Below, one piece after another: positions 10,609-23,877 of a stretch of DNA of 64,000 nucleotides; position 1 is the stretch's first letter, and every line of letters begins with the position of its first letter. The stretch spans positions 64,001-128,000 of the forward strand of contig CAVUWD010000007.1 of the NCBI GenBank assembly GCA_963745025.1, read 5' to 3'. Position numbers and translations under genes: made by a program. The notes under the pieces are model-generated. The model was not told where the DNA came from. It searched no databases and saw only the letters and a list, made by a program, of their open reading frames with translations. This DNA is from an uncultured delta proteobacterium. Lineage in GTDB: Bacteria > Desulfobacterota > Binatia > JACPRU01.

Positions 10609-12768
10609 ATGTCCGCCGTTTTGAGTTCTGCAGCTGCCGGTCAGAAAACCGTCCTCGGCGCCTGTCCCCACGATTGCCCGGACACCTGCTCCATGCTGGT
10701 CACCGTCGAGAACGACCGCGTGGTGAAGGTGCGCGGCAACCCGGATCATCCGTTTACCGAGGGGCGCCTATGCGTGAAGGTCAACCACTACGAGGAGCGC
10801 ATCCACCACGCGGACCGCGTCCTCTATCCCCTCAAGCGCAGCGGGCCGAAGGGATCGGGGCAGTTCGCCCGAATCAGCTGGCAGGCTGCGATGGAAGAGA
10901 TCGCCTCGCGCTGGAAGCAGATCATCAAGGAGCACGGCCCCACAGCCATCCTGCCCTATAGCTACATGGGCACGCAGGGCATCCTCAACGGCATGAACGT
11001 CGGCGACCCGTTCTTCAACAAGCTGGGGGCAACCATCACCGAGCGCACCTTCTGCGACTCGGGCGCGTGTACCGGCTACATGATGACTGTGGGTCCTACG
11101 CCCGGCACGGACCCGGAGAGCTTCGTCCACTCGCGCTACGTCATCCTGTGGGCGTGCAATACCGTCAGCACCAATCTGCACCACTGGCCCTTCATCGCCG
11201 AGGCGCAGAAGCGCGGCGCCAAGATCGTGGTGATCGACCCGGTCAAGACCCGCACCGCGCGGCAGGCCGACTGGCACATTCCCATCAAACCCGGCACCGA
11301 CGGCGCGCTGGCGCTGGCGATGATCAACGTGATCACCGGCGAAGGCTTGGTGGACAAGGAGTACGTGGAGAAGTACACGGTCGGCTACGACGAACTGGCC
11401 GAGCGCGCGCAGGCAGTACGCCCCGGAGAGGGTCGCGTCGATCACGGGCATAGCGGCCGAAGACATCCGCAAGCTGGCGCGGGAATACGCGACGACGCGC
11501 CCCTCGGTGATCCGGATCGGCGTGGCGATTGAGCGCCATTCCGGAGGCGGGCAGAGCAGTGCGGGCGCTGACCTGCCTGCCCGCGCTGGTGGGAGCCTGG
11601 CGCGACGTGGGCGGGGGGATCCTGCAGCTTCCCATGTGGGCTTTCCCGGTGAAGTGGAATGCGCTCATGCGGCCGGACTGGATCAAGCCCGGCACGCGCG
11701 TGCTCAACCAGTGGAAGCTGGGCGCTGCGCTTACCGGCGAGCTGAAGCTGGACCCGCCCGATGAAGTCGCTGTTCGTGTACAACGCCAACCCCGTGGTGG
11801 TGGCACCCGAGCAGGAAAAGATCGTCAAGGGGCTAGCGCGCGAAGACCTGTTCACGGTGGTGAGCGAGCATTTCATCACCGACACCGCCAGCTACGCGGA
11901 CATCGTGTTGCCCGCCACCACGCAGATGGAGCAGCACGAGCTCATGTTCTCCTGGGGGCACTTCTATCTTTCGCTCAACCAGAAGGCGATCTCGCCGCGC
12001 GGGGAGGCGGTGCCCAACACCGAGCTGTTCCGGCGCTTGGCCGCGGCCATGGACTTCGACGATCCGCACTTCAAGCGCAGCGACGAGCAGATGGCGGTGG
12101 AGTCGCTCGACTGGGCGAGCCCAGCGATGGCCGGCATCACCATGGAGGAACTCCAGCGCAAGGGCTACGCGCGGTTGAAGGTCGGCACCCCCGACACCTA
12201 CGCACCGCATGCGGAAGGCAATTTCCCGACGCGGTCGGGCAAAGTCGAGCTGAAGGCCTCGATGGCGGCCGGCGGCAACTTCGTGCTGCCATTGTTTCGC
12301 CAGGGCTCGAAGGAATTCCAGGACGGCGCCTCGGTGGATCCGTTGCCGACTTTCATTCTGCCGCAGGAGTCAGCCGACACCAACCCGGCGCTGGCCGCGA
12401 AGTATCCGCTGAACATCCTGACGCCCAAGAACCACGCCTTCCTCAACTCGGGCTACGCCAACATGGCGCGCCAGCTCGGCCATGCGGGCGAGCAGTACGT
12501 GATGATCCATCCGACGGACGCCCGGGCCCGCGGCATCGCCGAGGGCGAACGCGTGGAAGTGTTCAACGACCGCGGCCGCTTTCTGGCCGACGCACAAGTG
12601 AGCGACGAGGTGCGGCAGGGCGTGATCGTGTCGCCGCTCGGCTATTGGGCGTCGGTCAGCCCGGATGGGCGATCGGTCAATGCGGTGAACGCGTCGAGAT
12701 ACGCGGACATGGGCCGGGCGCCGACGTTCTCCGATACGCTGGTGGAAGTGCGGCGGGTCGAGGCGTAA
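10609..12768 (+). CDS. Molybdopterin oxidoreductase family protein (about 3 apparent frameshifts at ~11415, ~11553, ~11758)
   Basis: CPHDCPDTC..LC Fe-S motif, PGTDGALAL, TDTASYADIVLPAT, C-terminal HPxDARARGI..FNDRG; continuous protein recoverable across frames. Confidence 0.85.
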
Positions 12769-12807
12769 CGTTGTGGCGACTCCACAGGCTGCGGGCGAGC
12801 GGGAATC

Positions 12808-13130
12808 ACACGGCTGGTTCACCGAGGGTTTCGACACTGCCGACCTCGAGGACGCCTAGTCCCTCCTCAACCGGCCGAGCGCCTGACATGCGCTGTTCAA
12901 AATCCTCTGTGGATAATCGCGAGGGACGGAAATTCTGTGCGGAGTGCGGCGCACCGCTGAGCGCTCGGTGTCCGTCATGTGGCGCTGAGAACGAGCCGGC
13001 AGCAAAGTTCTGCGGTGAATGCGGTAGCCCGCTGGCCGGCAATGCTCAATTGGGTTCATTCACGGCACCGCCGGCGCAATCGATGGCCCCGAGATTCGCG
13101 TTACGCCCGAGGAGCTACGGGCCGTCGCGA
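12808..13130 (+). pseudogene. Remnants of adenylate cyclase-AAA-TPR genes: C-terminal tail (GWFTEGFDTADLEDA*) followed by an isolated N-terminal double zinc ribbon
   Basis: GWFTEGFDTADL motif ~12812-12859; MRCSKSSVDNREGRKFCAECGAPL..CPSCGAENEPAAKFCGECG from 12888, no cyclase domain follows. Confidence 0.75.
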
Positions 13131-13137
13131 GCATCAA

Positions 13138-13986
13138 CTACTTGTTACCGGCGATCTCACTCAGGATGGGAAGCAGATACTCGCGAAACTTGCGCGGGTT
13201 TTCGCTCATGGGAAAGTGCCCGTTGTCCCGCATTTCAGTGAACCTCGCCCCTTTGACGCGCTCGACCAGTTTGCGCGTATCGGCAGGACTGGTCGCGAAA
13301 TCATATTCACCGGTCAGCAGATACAGCGGACACTTGCTGGTATCGATGCGGTCTGCGTACCGCTCGGCATCGTATTCGACCGAGTAATAGTAAAGATCGC
13401 CCTTGAACACCATTGGTGCACCCTGGCTATATCCGAAGATCGTCTCACGGATATTCGGCTCCGGACTGGATGGCGCGCACAGTCCGTACATCGTCGCCGG
13501 CTTCGCTTCATTGCTGATGCGCGGGTGGTAGAACTGATCGAGGTAATAGCCCGGGCTGTTGAGCGACGCTTCGACGCCGATGACGGCACGGAAGCGGTCC
13601 GGGTGGTGTGCCGCGAGATCGACAGCAACCTGACCGCCCATCGAACAGCCGATGAATACCGGGCGGTCCAATTCGAGTTCGGCGGCAAACGTCAGGATGA
13701 ACTTGAGAAAGAAATCTCGGGTCAGGTTATAGGGTTTCTCCCAGTGACGATCGCCGATTGGCGGCAGTGATTTGCCGTGGAAAGGCAGATCCCAGGCGAA
13801 GACCCGGAAGTTCCGCGTGATTTCCGGATCCTCCAGCAGATGCCGCCATTGGAAGCCGTGCGCACCCGCAGTGTGCTGGCAGATCAGCGGGATCCCGGTC
13901 CCGTTCGCTTCGTAATAGACGCGGTATTCGATGCCGTTGATGCTCAGATGGACGTAGCGCCCGACGGCCTGATCGTGTCGTGCCAT
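13138..13986 (-). CDS. Alpha/beta hydrolase
   Basis: HTAGAHG, DLPFHGKS, nucleophile GCSMGG, GEYD, GHFPMSENP. Confidence 0.9.
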   Translation of the reverse strand: MARHDQAVGRYVHLSINGIEYRVYYEANGTGIPLICQHTAGAHGFQWRHLLEDPEITRNFRVFAWDLPFHGKSLPPIGDRHWEKPYNLTRDFFLKFILTFAAELELDRPVFIGCSMGGQVAVDLAAHHPDRFRAVIGVEASLNSPGYYLDQFYHPRISNEAKPATMYGLCAPSSPEPNIRETIFGYSQGAPMVFKGDLYYYSVEYDAERYADRIDTSKCPLYLLTGEYDFATSPADTRKLVERVKGARFTEMRDNGHFPMSENPRKFREYLLPILSEIAGNK

Positions 13987-13998
13987 GGCGTCAACCCC

Positions 13999-14373
13999 TC
14001 AATTCGTCGCGTGTTCGCGCATGATCTGGAACATGCGCCGGAAAGCCCCGTAGTACGCGAAAAAAGTTTCCGAGTCACCTGCCCAATCGAACTCTTTGCG
14101 CACGATGGCCGCGAACATGTCGTGGAAGAACGGTTTTGGTAGAGGCTTCAGGAATTCCCGCCAGCTGGCAACGGAGCCTCGGATCGTGATGTCGGCGCTG
14201 TCGAATAGCGCCGGGTGGTCGATCCCGGTCATTTTGCCGCCGCGAAACTGCAGCAGCAGAGCTTCGTCACCGAAATGAAGCTTGAGTGCGCCGTCCAGGA
14301 AGCGTCCCGCAATCTGGAATTCGCCGTCGCGATTGACGGCTTCTTTGAACGCCTGCAAGTCGAACAATGCCAT
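13999..14373 (-). CDS. Hypothetical protein, SCP2-like fold probable
   Basis: ATG with AGGAG RBS; FKEAVNRDGEF..LLQFRGGK..ITIRGS..W.EFL..P.PFFHD; 12 bp from hydrolase, likely co-transcribed. Confidence 0.6.
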   Translation of the reverse strand: MALFDLQAFKEAVNRDGEFQIAGRFLDGALKLHFGDEALLLQFRGGKMTGIDHPALFDSADITIRGSVASWREFLKPLPKPFFHDMFAAIVRKEFDWAGDSETFFAYYGAFRRMFQIMREHATN

Positions 14374-14471
14374 GTCTCCTCCTCGCTCCGGCTGGCTGGC
14401 CCGGCTCGATGAACGTCGCGTCGTACCCGTCTGGCGTCGCTCTTCAGCAGGGTCCGTACGCATGCCGCGAT

Positions 14472-16043
<1,572 letters not shown>

Positions 16044-16308
16044 CGCTGCGTACCCTGTCGCGGCTCGCCGTCGAACGCAAGCCCTTCAGTCGACCGTGTC
16101 GAGCATCACCCCGACGTTCGTATCCGCTCCAAACCGGGCGATATGAAATCCATCTTCCAGGAGCACTACCCGGTGCTGCTCGCGGCACTCAAGGCGTGCA
16201 TTACCTGTCCGCGTCCTGATCGCGTCCGCGCGCTTGCCGCGCGTGCGCAGGTGGCCTATCGTCGCACCGGTTCCCTACAAGCCGTGGCAATCTCACGGGA
16301 GAGTGACG

Positions 16309-16749
16309 ATGACCATCGATCAGATGAACGATCTGGAAGCGATCCGCCAGCTCAAGGCGCGTTATTTCCGTCTCATGGACACCCAGCAATGGGAAGCTTG
16401 GGCGGATTGCTTCACCGCCGACGTGTCGGCGTTCTACGAGGGCGCGCCGCGCGCCAATCCCGAGCTACCCGTCGACGTCCGTTGCGAGGGGCGTGCCGAA
16501 CTCATCAAGGGTGTCAGTACGCTGATGAGGGGTGCGAAATCGATTCACCAGGGCTTCATGCCCGAGCTCGAGCTGACCAGCGCAACCACGGCGCGCGGCA
16601 TCTGGGCAATGTTCGACTACGTCATGCTGCCGACCTGCCATTTCGAGGGCTGGGGTCATTATCACGAGGAATACGTCAAGGAAGGCGCGGCGTGGAAGAT
16701 GAAGAAGATTCACCTGACCCGCCTGTACACCAAGGAAAAATTCCTCTGA
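16309..16749 (+). CDS. NTF2/SnoaL-like (BaiE/LinA-type) protein
   Basis: DLEAIRQLKARYFRLMDTQQW..HQGFMPELEL..ARGIWAM.D..G.GHYHEEY..WK. Confidence 0.85.
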   Translation: MTIDQMNDLEAIRQLKARYFRLMDTQQWEAWADCFTADVSAFYEGAPRANPELPVDVRCEGRAELIKGVSTLMRGAKSIHQGFMPELELTSATTARGIWAMFDYVMLPTCHFEGWGHYHEEYVKEGAAWKMKKIHLTRLYTKEKFL

Positions 16750-16936
16750 GGCGCCCGGCGAAGTCGGCACTCTTCCTCGAGTTGCTGGGCTGGGTCTCGC
16801 CACATCGAGGTCCAAAACGCTCCATTCCGCCGCTGTGCATATGGAGGCGTGCCAGGCGCGGAATCTGGGCGCTGCTGGAAGCGGCGCAGGAGCCGCCGTG
16901 GAGATGGCGCGAGGAGCGGCGGGAGGAGAGGAGGTC

Positions 16937-18579
<1,643 letters not shown>

Positions 18580-18583
<4 letters not shown>

Positions 18584-18665
18584 ACGTTGTTGAGGAGGCG
18601 GTCGCAGACGGCACCGACGATCGTTGGATCTCTGATGTGATCGTGCCACTCAAGGAGATCGCGCC
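18580..18665 (-). mobile_element. istB: IS21-family IstB helper ATPase C-terminal sliver
   Basis: EWHDHIRDPTIVGAVCDRLLNNVHR matches the IstB W..D.T.A.A..DRL..H pattern; no IstA or IRs seen. Confidence 0.55.
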
Positions 18666-18748
18666 TCAGGATCTCGGATCGAGACGAGCCCCCAGTCGTC
18701 GATGACCAGGACGAGACTCGGCGAGAGAGAAACGTCAATTGCCGCTCG

Positions 18749-21532
18749 TCAGGTCGCCTTCTGGATGTCCACATGCACGCCCCGGTCGATCGGGACGGGC
18801 TGCCACAGCAATGGGCGATAGCGCAGGTGTCCGTAACCACCGGCGAGCGTCAACCATTTGACCATCCCGGTTTCCAGACACGAGGAGTCCTTCCATCCCG
18901 GGTACAGATACGACTCGAATCCCGTATACACGATCACCTGGCCCGGTCGTACCGCCGGCGTCACGCGCGCCTGTATGACTATCGTCCCGTCGTCGTTGAA
19001 GAGGCGGATGTCCTGTCCGTTCTCGATGCCGCGGGCCGCGGCATCTCGGTCGTTGATGTGCGCAACCGGCTTGCCGCGGGTCGTCGCGAGCATCGTGCGG
19101 TCGGTGCTGTGCATGCCGTTGACGCTCGAACGCAAGTGACCGCTGGTGACGACGAAGGGGTGGTCACCACCCATGGCCGGGCCTTCCTTGTGCACCGGCA
19201 ACTCCTCGCCCGCCTCCAGAAACCACTCATGGTCGATGTAGAATTGCGCGCGGCGAGTGAGCGTGGGAAACGGCTCCTTCTTCTCGGTCTGCCAACGAAA
19301 CGGGGTAAAGGTTTCGTCCGGGCGCACGTCCGACGCTCCCGCCAGGGAGAGCGGCGCGGCGCCCAAGCCGGTGAAGCGCACCCACCCCTTCTCCCGCAGC
19401 GTCGCCAGCGTGGTGCCCGGCGGCAGGGTTCCCATCACGGCCGAGTCGCGAATCGCCTCGTCCCAAACGGCATCGTCGCTCGCCAAGGCGCCATTCAGCG
19501 TCAGATCGTCGTAGAACGTATCCAGTCGGATCGATCGGCCGTCCGCCCCCTTCACTTCCAGCAGCCCGCGCGCCACGGCGCGCTCGGAGAGCTTGCGCGC
19601 GATCAACAGCATGGCCTGGTAGTCGGAGAGGGCTTCCCCCTGCGGTTCCACGGCACGATCCGACAGCGTGAGGTACATCGAGTCGTGCACCGTGTAAGGG
19701 AAGTTCGTTTTTTCGTAATGCTGCGCCACAGGCAGCACGTAGTCGGAGTAGAGCGCGGTGGTCGACAGCCGAAAGTCGAGGGTGACGATCAGGTTGAGCG
19801 TCGGCCACAGATGCTCGAGGAGCATGCGCTGGCCGCCGCGCTGCATGCGCAACGGGTTGTTCCCGATGTTGAAGAGGACGCGGTGCGGTTCTTCGACAGT
19901 CGGATGCTCCAGGCCTTTCCACCAGCCCTTCGCCAGCGCCTCGTTGACGTAGTCGTCGAAGCGGCGCTTCATCCCGGGATCGTTGTTCGAGGGTTTGTTA
20001 TAGACGTCCCGGTATCCGCACTGGTTGTACCAAAAGAAAAAGGGCGGGGTCGCGCCCGATTCCATGCCGCTCTTGGAGCCGGCCTCTATCATGAGCATTT
20101 CACGCGTGAGCGTCGGATCCGCAGCCAGGGCCGCCCGTATCCCCTCCTCCTGGGCGCGAAACGTTTCTTCGGTGACCTGCTGACCCACTCGCAACTTCTG
20201 GGGCAAGCTGTAGGCCCCATCGAACATACCTCCCGAGATGCCGCGAATACCGGCGCCTTTCTTGCCCCAATTGCCGGTGAGCGCGACCACCAGGCACATG
20301 GCCCGCTCCATCAGATCGCCGTGATACGACTTGCACATCGTGAAGCCGGTGAGGATGCGCGTCCGCTTGTTGGCGACCTTGCGGGCCAGCTGACGAATCG
20401 TCTCGGGATGGACGCCGCAGACGCCTGACGCGTCGTCCGGCGCGTATGCCTCGAGCCGGCGCCGCAGCAGCACGAATGCCGGCACCACTTCGACCTCGGT
20501 GCCGTCCTTCAGCGTGGCACCGTACGCGCCGTCCAGCGCCGGCTCGAGCCCCCCAAGTTCGAGCGTTCGCGGCGCTTCGGCGATCCGCTGGCTGCGCGTG
20601 TCGAACAGATGGAACACCTCGTCCGATCCGCCCTCACGGACATCGGACTGGCGCAGGAAGCGGCCGGTGTCGGTGCGCACCAGCAGGCCGAGATCGGTCT
20701 GTTCGCGCACGAACGGCTCATTGACCAGTCCCTCGTCGATGAGGACACGGCACATCGCCAGGGCTAGCGCGGCGTCGGAGCCGACCCGAACGGGCAGGTA
20801 CTGATCGGCGTGAACCGCCGAGGGGCTGTAGTCGGGCGCGATCGTGACGATCTCGGCGCCGTTGTAGCGCGCCTCGGTCAGGTAATGGAACGTCGTGATG
20901 TTGCTTTGCGCCGGATTGTTGGCCCAGATCAGCACCAGCTCGGAGTGAAACCAGTCGTCGTGACTGGAACACATCCCAATCCGTCCGAAGGTGATGTACA
21001 TCCCGAGCTCCATGTCACCAACCTCGGCAAGAAGGTCCGAAACCGTGGCCCCGAGCCGTAAGAAGACGTTGTTCGTGAGGGCCATCGCCTGACCGCCCCC
21101 TTCGGTCGTGCCCGGGCGCAAGATTGTGCGAGGCCCCGATTCCTCGATGGCGTCCAGCATCGCGTCCGCGATTTCAGTCGTCGCCTCGTCCCAGGTGACA
21201 CGGGTCCAGCGGCCTTCGCCCCGCTCACCGGCGCGGCGCATGGGATACGTCACGCGATCCGTCCCATTGAGCATCCGGCTCCACGCAGCGCCCTTCTGGC
21301 AGCCGGTGGGATTCAGGTCGGGGACTCCGGGCTCGATCGTCGTGAAGGTCGCCCCGGGTTCCTCGCGGATGACACGGCCGTCCCGGACGAAGACGTGGAA
21401 GGGGCAGTTGGCCGGATAGCAGTCGACGCAGTGCGTGCCCCACGTAACTTTGTCCCACTTCCACTTGTCTCGATAGGCGTCTGCCCAGGCCTCACTCGTC
21501 CGATCTATCGCTGCGTCTTCCGTGTGGCTCAT
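18749..21532 (-). CDS. DMSO-reductase type II molybdoenzyme alpha subunit (EBDH/S25DH/NarG-like), no Tat signal
   Basis: Start MSHTEDAAID at 21532 overlaps beta stop; AYRDKWKWDKVTWGTHCVDC..C, GCQKG, GERGEGRW, YHGDLMER, DYVLP, RAQFYIDH. Confidence 0.9.
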   Translation of the reverse strand: MSHTEDAAIDRTSEAWADAYRDKWKWDKVTWGTHCVDCYPANCPFHVFVRDGRVIREEPGATFTTIEPGVPDLNPTGCQKGAAWSRMLNGTDRVTYPMRRAGERGEGRWTRVTWDEATTEIADAMLDAIEESGPRTILRPGTTEGGGQAMALTNNVFLRLGATVSDLLAEVGDMELGMYITFGRIGMCSSHDDWFHSELVLIWANNPAQSNITTFHYLTEARYNGAEIVTIAPDYSPSAVHADQYLPVRVGSDAALALAMCRVLIDEGLVNEPFVREQTDLGLLVRTDTGRFLRQSDVREGGSDEVFHLFDTRSQRIAEAPRTLELGGLEPALDGAYGATLKDGTEVEVVPAFVLLRRRLEAYAPDDASGVCGVHPETIRQLARKVANKRTRILTGFTMCKSYHGDLMERAMCLVVALTGNWGKKGAGIRGISGGMFDGAYSLPQKLRVGQQVTEETFRAQEEGIRAALAADPTLTREMLMIEAGSKSGMESGATPPFFFWYNQCGYRDVYNKPSNNDPGMKRRFDDYVNEALAKGWWKGLEHPTVEEPHRVLFNIGNNPLRMQRGGQRMLLEHLWPTLNLIVTLDFRLSTTALYSDYVLPVAQHYEKTNFPYTVHDSMYLTLSDRAVEPQGEALSDYQAMLLIARKLSERAVARGLLEVKGADGRSIRLDTFYDDLTLNGALASDDAVWDEAIRDSAVMGTLPPGTTLATLREKGWVRFTGLGAAPLSLAGASDVRPDETFTPFRWQTEKKEPFPTLTRRAQFYIDHEWFLEAGEELPVHKEGPAMGGDHPFVVTSGHLRSSVNGMHSTDRTMLATTRGKPVAHINDRDAAARGIENGQDIRLFNDDGTIVIQARVTPAVRPGQVIVYTGFESYLYPGWKDSSCLETGMVKWLTLAGGYGHLRYRPLLWQPVPIDRGVHVDIQKAT

Positions 21533-22590
21533 CGGAGATTTCCTTTCGTGGGTTCGTTCCTCCAATCGATGTCGGCTGGATCGCGGTGCAGGTGGCCGAG
21601 GGCGTCCTTCCAGTGGTACAGAATGAGGGTGTCCAGCAGTTCCGACCATTCGCCGCGCCGCCGTTTTTCGAGCTGCGCCTTCAGGGTCGCGAGCGCCGTA
21701 TGAACGGCTGGACCGAACAGCGACTCCAGGTAGGCTGGCGGAATGCGCTCGCCGGTATCGTCCAGGCCACCGTCTGCGCGCAACGGCGCCGGCGCCAGCG
21801 GCGGTACATAGTAGACGTTGGATTCCACGCCAAACTCGGGATGCAGCGGCAGCGCCACGTTCCACTGGCGCACGAGCTTGTGGACCGGTGAGCGCTCGTC
21901 GTCGAGAAAACCGACGAACGCCGCCCGCCCCGGGCAGGATCGCACGCAGACCGGGGCCACACCGTGGTCGATACGTGGAAAACACCCGATGCACTTCTGG
22001 GAGATATCCCGTTTCGGGTTGAAGGAGATCTTCTTGTATGGACACGCCCCGATGCAGGAACGATCGCCTTGGCAGCGCGCTTCGTCGATCAGGACGAGCC
22101 CGTCATCCTCCCGCTTGAAGATCGCGTCGTGCGGACAGGCTTCGACACAGGCCGGTCGGGTGCAGTGCGCACAGAGGCGGGGCAAGTAGAAGAAGTAGGA
22201 GTTGGGATACTGGCCGCCGCCCTCGTCCTCGTCCCAGTTCATTCCCCAGCTGGAATTTCCGCTGATCGCGTGCAGGTGGACGTCGCGGCCGCGGCCGCCC
22301 TTGAGCACTTCATCGTAATTGAAATCCAGGCCGCCACCGATTTCTTCCTCGGTCGGCTCGCGGCCGATCTGCAGGCGACCATCAACGTACCCCCCGCCCA
22401 TGCTCTGCCAGTCGCGCGGCATGCCGCGACCGGGCTGCGTGTTGACCGTCATCCACCACATCGACTCGGTACCCGGATCCTCACCGGGCCACTGGACCTT
22501 GCAGGCAACCGAGCAGGTCTGGCAGCCAATACACTTGTTGAGGTCGAAGACCCACGCGAGCTGCCGCTTCGACCGCGTCAAGGTTCCCAT
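21529..22590 (-). CDS. Four-cluster Fe-S beta subunit (EbdB/NarH-like)
   Basis: VFDLNKCIGCQTCSVACK, NWDEDEGGG.YPNSYFFYLPRLCAHCTRPACVEACP, CPYKK, KCIGCFPR, LPLHPEFG. Confidence 0.92.
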   Translation of the reverse strand: MGTLTRSKRQLAWVFDLNKCIGCQTCSVACKVQWPGEDPGTESMWWMTVNTQPGRGMPRDWQSMGGGYVDGRLQIGREPTEEEIGGGLDFNYDEVLKGGRGRDVHLHAISGNSSWGMNWDEDEGGGQYPNSYFFYLPRLCAHCTRPACVEACPHDAIFKREDDGLVLIDEARCQGDRSCIGACPYKKISFNPKRDISQKCIGCFPRIDHGVAPVCVRSCPGRAAFVGFLDDERSPVHKLVRQWNVALPLHPEFGVESNVYYVPPLAPAPLRADGGLDDTGERIPPAYLESLFGPAVHTALATLKAQLEKRRRGEWSELLDTLILYHWKDALGHLHRDPADIDWRNEPTKGNLR

Positions 22591-22720
22591 GGTTTCGTTC
22601 TCCTTCGGGCAATCCCTACCGTGAGTTTTTTCCCGGCGGCGACACTAGATAGAAAGAAGCGGGCTTTGAATGGCGTGACCGGACAAGAACGTGATATTTT
22701 CGGCCACGGTGGCGGATCCG

Positions 22721-23743
22721 ATGCGCACTTGGAACGTTCGGGGCATTGCCAGCGTCCACCTGCTCATGAGCTTGGGGGCAGAGCACGGCCTTTCGGCGAG
22801 CGACTGCCTGCGCGGATCGGCGATCCCGGTCGAGAGCCTGGAGGACCCGTTCTTCGAGGTCGAGGCGAGCCAGGAACTCACGGTCGTGCGCAACCTCCTG
22901 CACCACCTCGCCCACGTCCCAGGCATCGGACTCGAAGCTGGGCGGCGATACCGGCTCACGGGCTACGGAATCCTGGGCTACGCGCTCCTCAGCAGCCGCT
23001 CCCTGCGCAGTGCGATCGATTTCGCGGTTCGCTACCTCGATCTCACCTTTGCCTTCAATCGCTACCAAACCGAGAAGGTGGCCGAGGGGCTCCGGATCGT
23101 GTTGGACGATCGTGACGTTCCCAAAGATTGCCGGCAGTTCCTCGTCGAGCGCGATGCTGCAGCGACCGTGGCCCTCTCGCGTCAGCTGTTACTGAAACCG
23201 CTGCCGCTCCACCGGGCAACCTTCCGCTTCGAACGACCATCGTACGCTGCACGTTTTGAGGAGTTCTTTCTCGGCCCCGTTTTCTTCGGAGGGCCCGTTC
23301 ACGAGATGGTGATCAGCAACGAGTGGGTGGACCAGCCGCTTCCGCAAGCCGACGAGCCGACGGTGCGGCTCTGCGAGGAGCAGTGCAGGGAGCTGCTCGA
23401 CCGGCGGCGGGCGCAGACGCGTGTCTCGGAGCGGGTCCGTCAACATCTCCTGCGGCCACGGGGCGCCGCCCAGATGGAAGGGCTCGCAGCGGAGCTGGGA
23501 ATGGCACCGCGCACTCTCCACCGGCACCTCGCCGCCGAAGGAGCCTCGTTCCGGCAGCTCTTGGACGAGGTGCGTCAGGCCCTTGCCGAGGAGATGCTCG
23601 CACACCGGATGACGGTGGATGAGGTTGCCGAGCGCCTCGGTTACTCCGAGGCGTCGAGCTTCGCCCACGCATTCAAGCGCTGGAAGGGCATCTCCCCCAG
23701 GACGTATCGCCGGCAGACCGCCGACGCGTCACGGCGCGACTGA
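22721..23743 (+). CDS. AraC family transcriptional regulator (OruR/ArgR type), divergent from the molybdoenzyme genes
   Basis: YGILGYALLSS N-domain; C-terminal LGMAPRTLHRHL..SFRQLLDEVR..LGYSEASSFAHAFKRW.G.SP. Confidence 0.92.
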   Translation: MRTWNVRGIASVHLLMSLGAEHGLSASDCLRGSAIPVESLEDPFFEVEASQELTVVRNLLHHLAHVPGIGLEAGRRYRLTGYGILGYALLSSRSLRSAIDFAVRYLDLTFAFNRYQTEKVAEGLRIVLDDRDVPKDCRQFLVERDAAATVALSRQLLLKPLPLHRATFRFERPSYAARFEEFFLGPVFFGGPVHEMVISNEWVDQPLPQADEPTVRLCEEQCRELLDRRRAQTRVSERVRQHLLRPRGAAQMEGLAAELGMAPRTLHRHLAAEGASFRQLLDEVRQALAEEMLAHRMTVDEVAERLGYSEASSFAHAFKRWKGISPRTYRRQTADASRRD

Positions 23744-23877
23744 GTTGCCTGAAGGTTTCCTCGCCAAGAGGTCCGGACCGTCGCCGTCGCCGCGGGGGTT
23801 TTTGTCATGGTAGCTGCCGACATGCCAGGGTCGCGAACACAAGTTGGGAATCCGCTATCGTGGCCACAACGGTGGCC

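Noticed and set aside
11529-13241. 570-aa ORF apparently fusing a Mo-enzyme to a zinc ribbon
   Set aside because: Artefact of a frameshift plus a stop-free GC-rich frame; the real Mo-enzyme ends at 12768.
21532-22045. 170-aa N-terminal extension of the alpha subunit in the ORF track
   Set aside because: Overlaps the beta subunit out of frame with Arg/Ala/Gly-rich junk composition and no Tat consensus.
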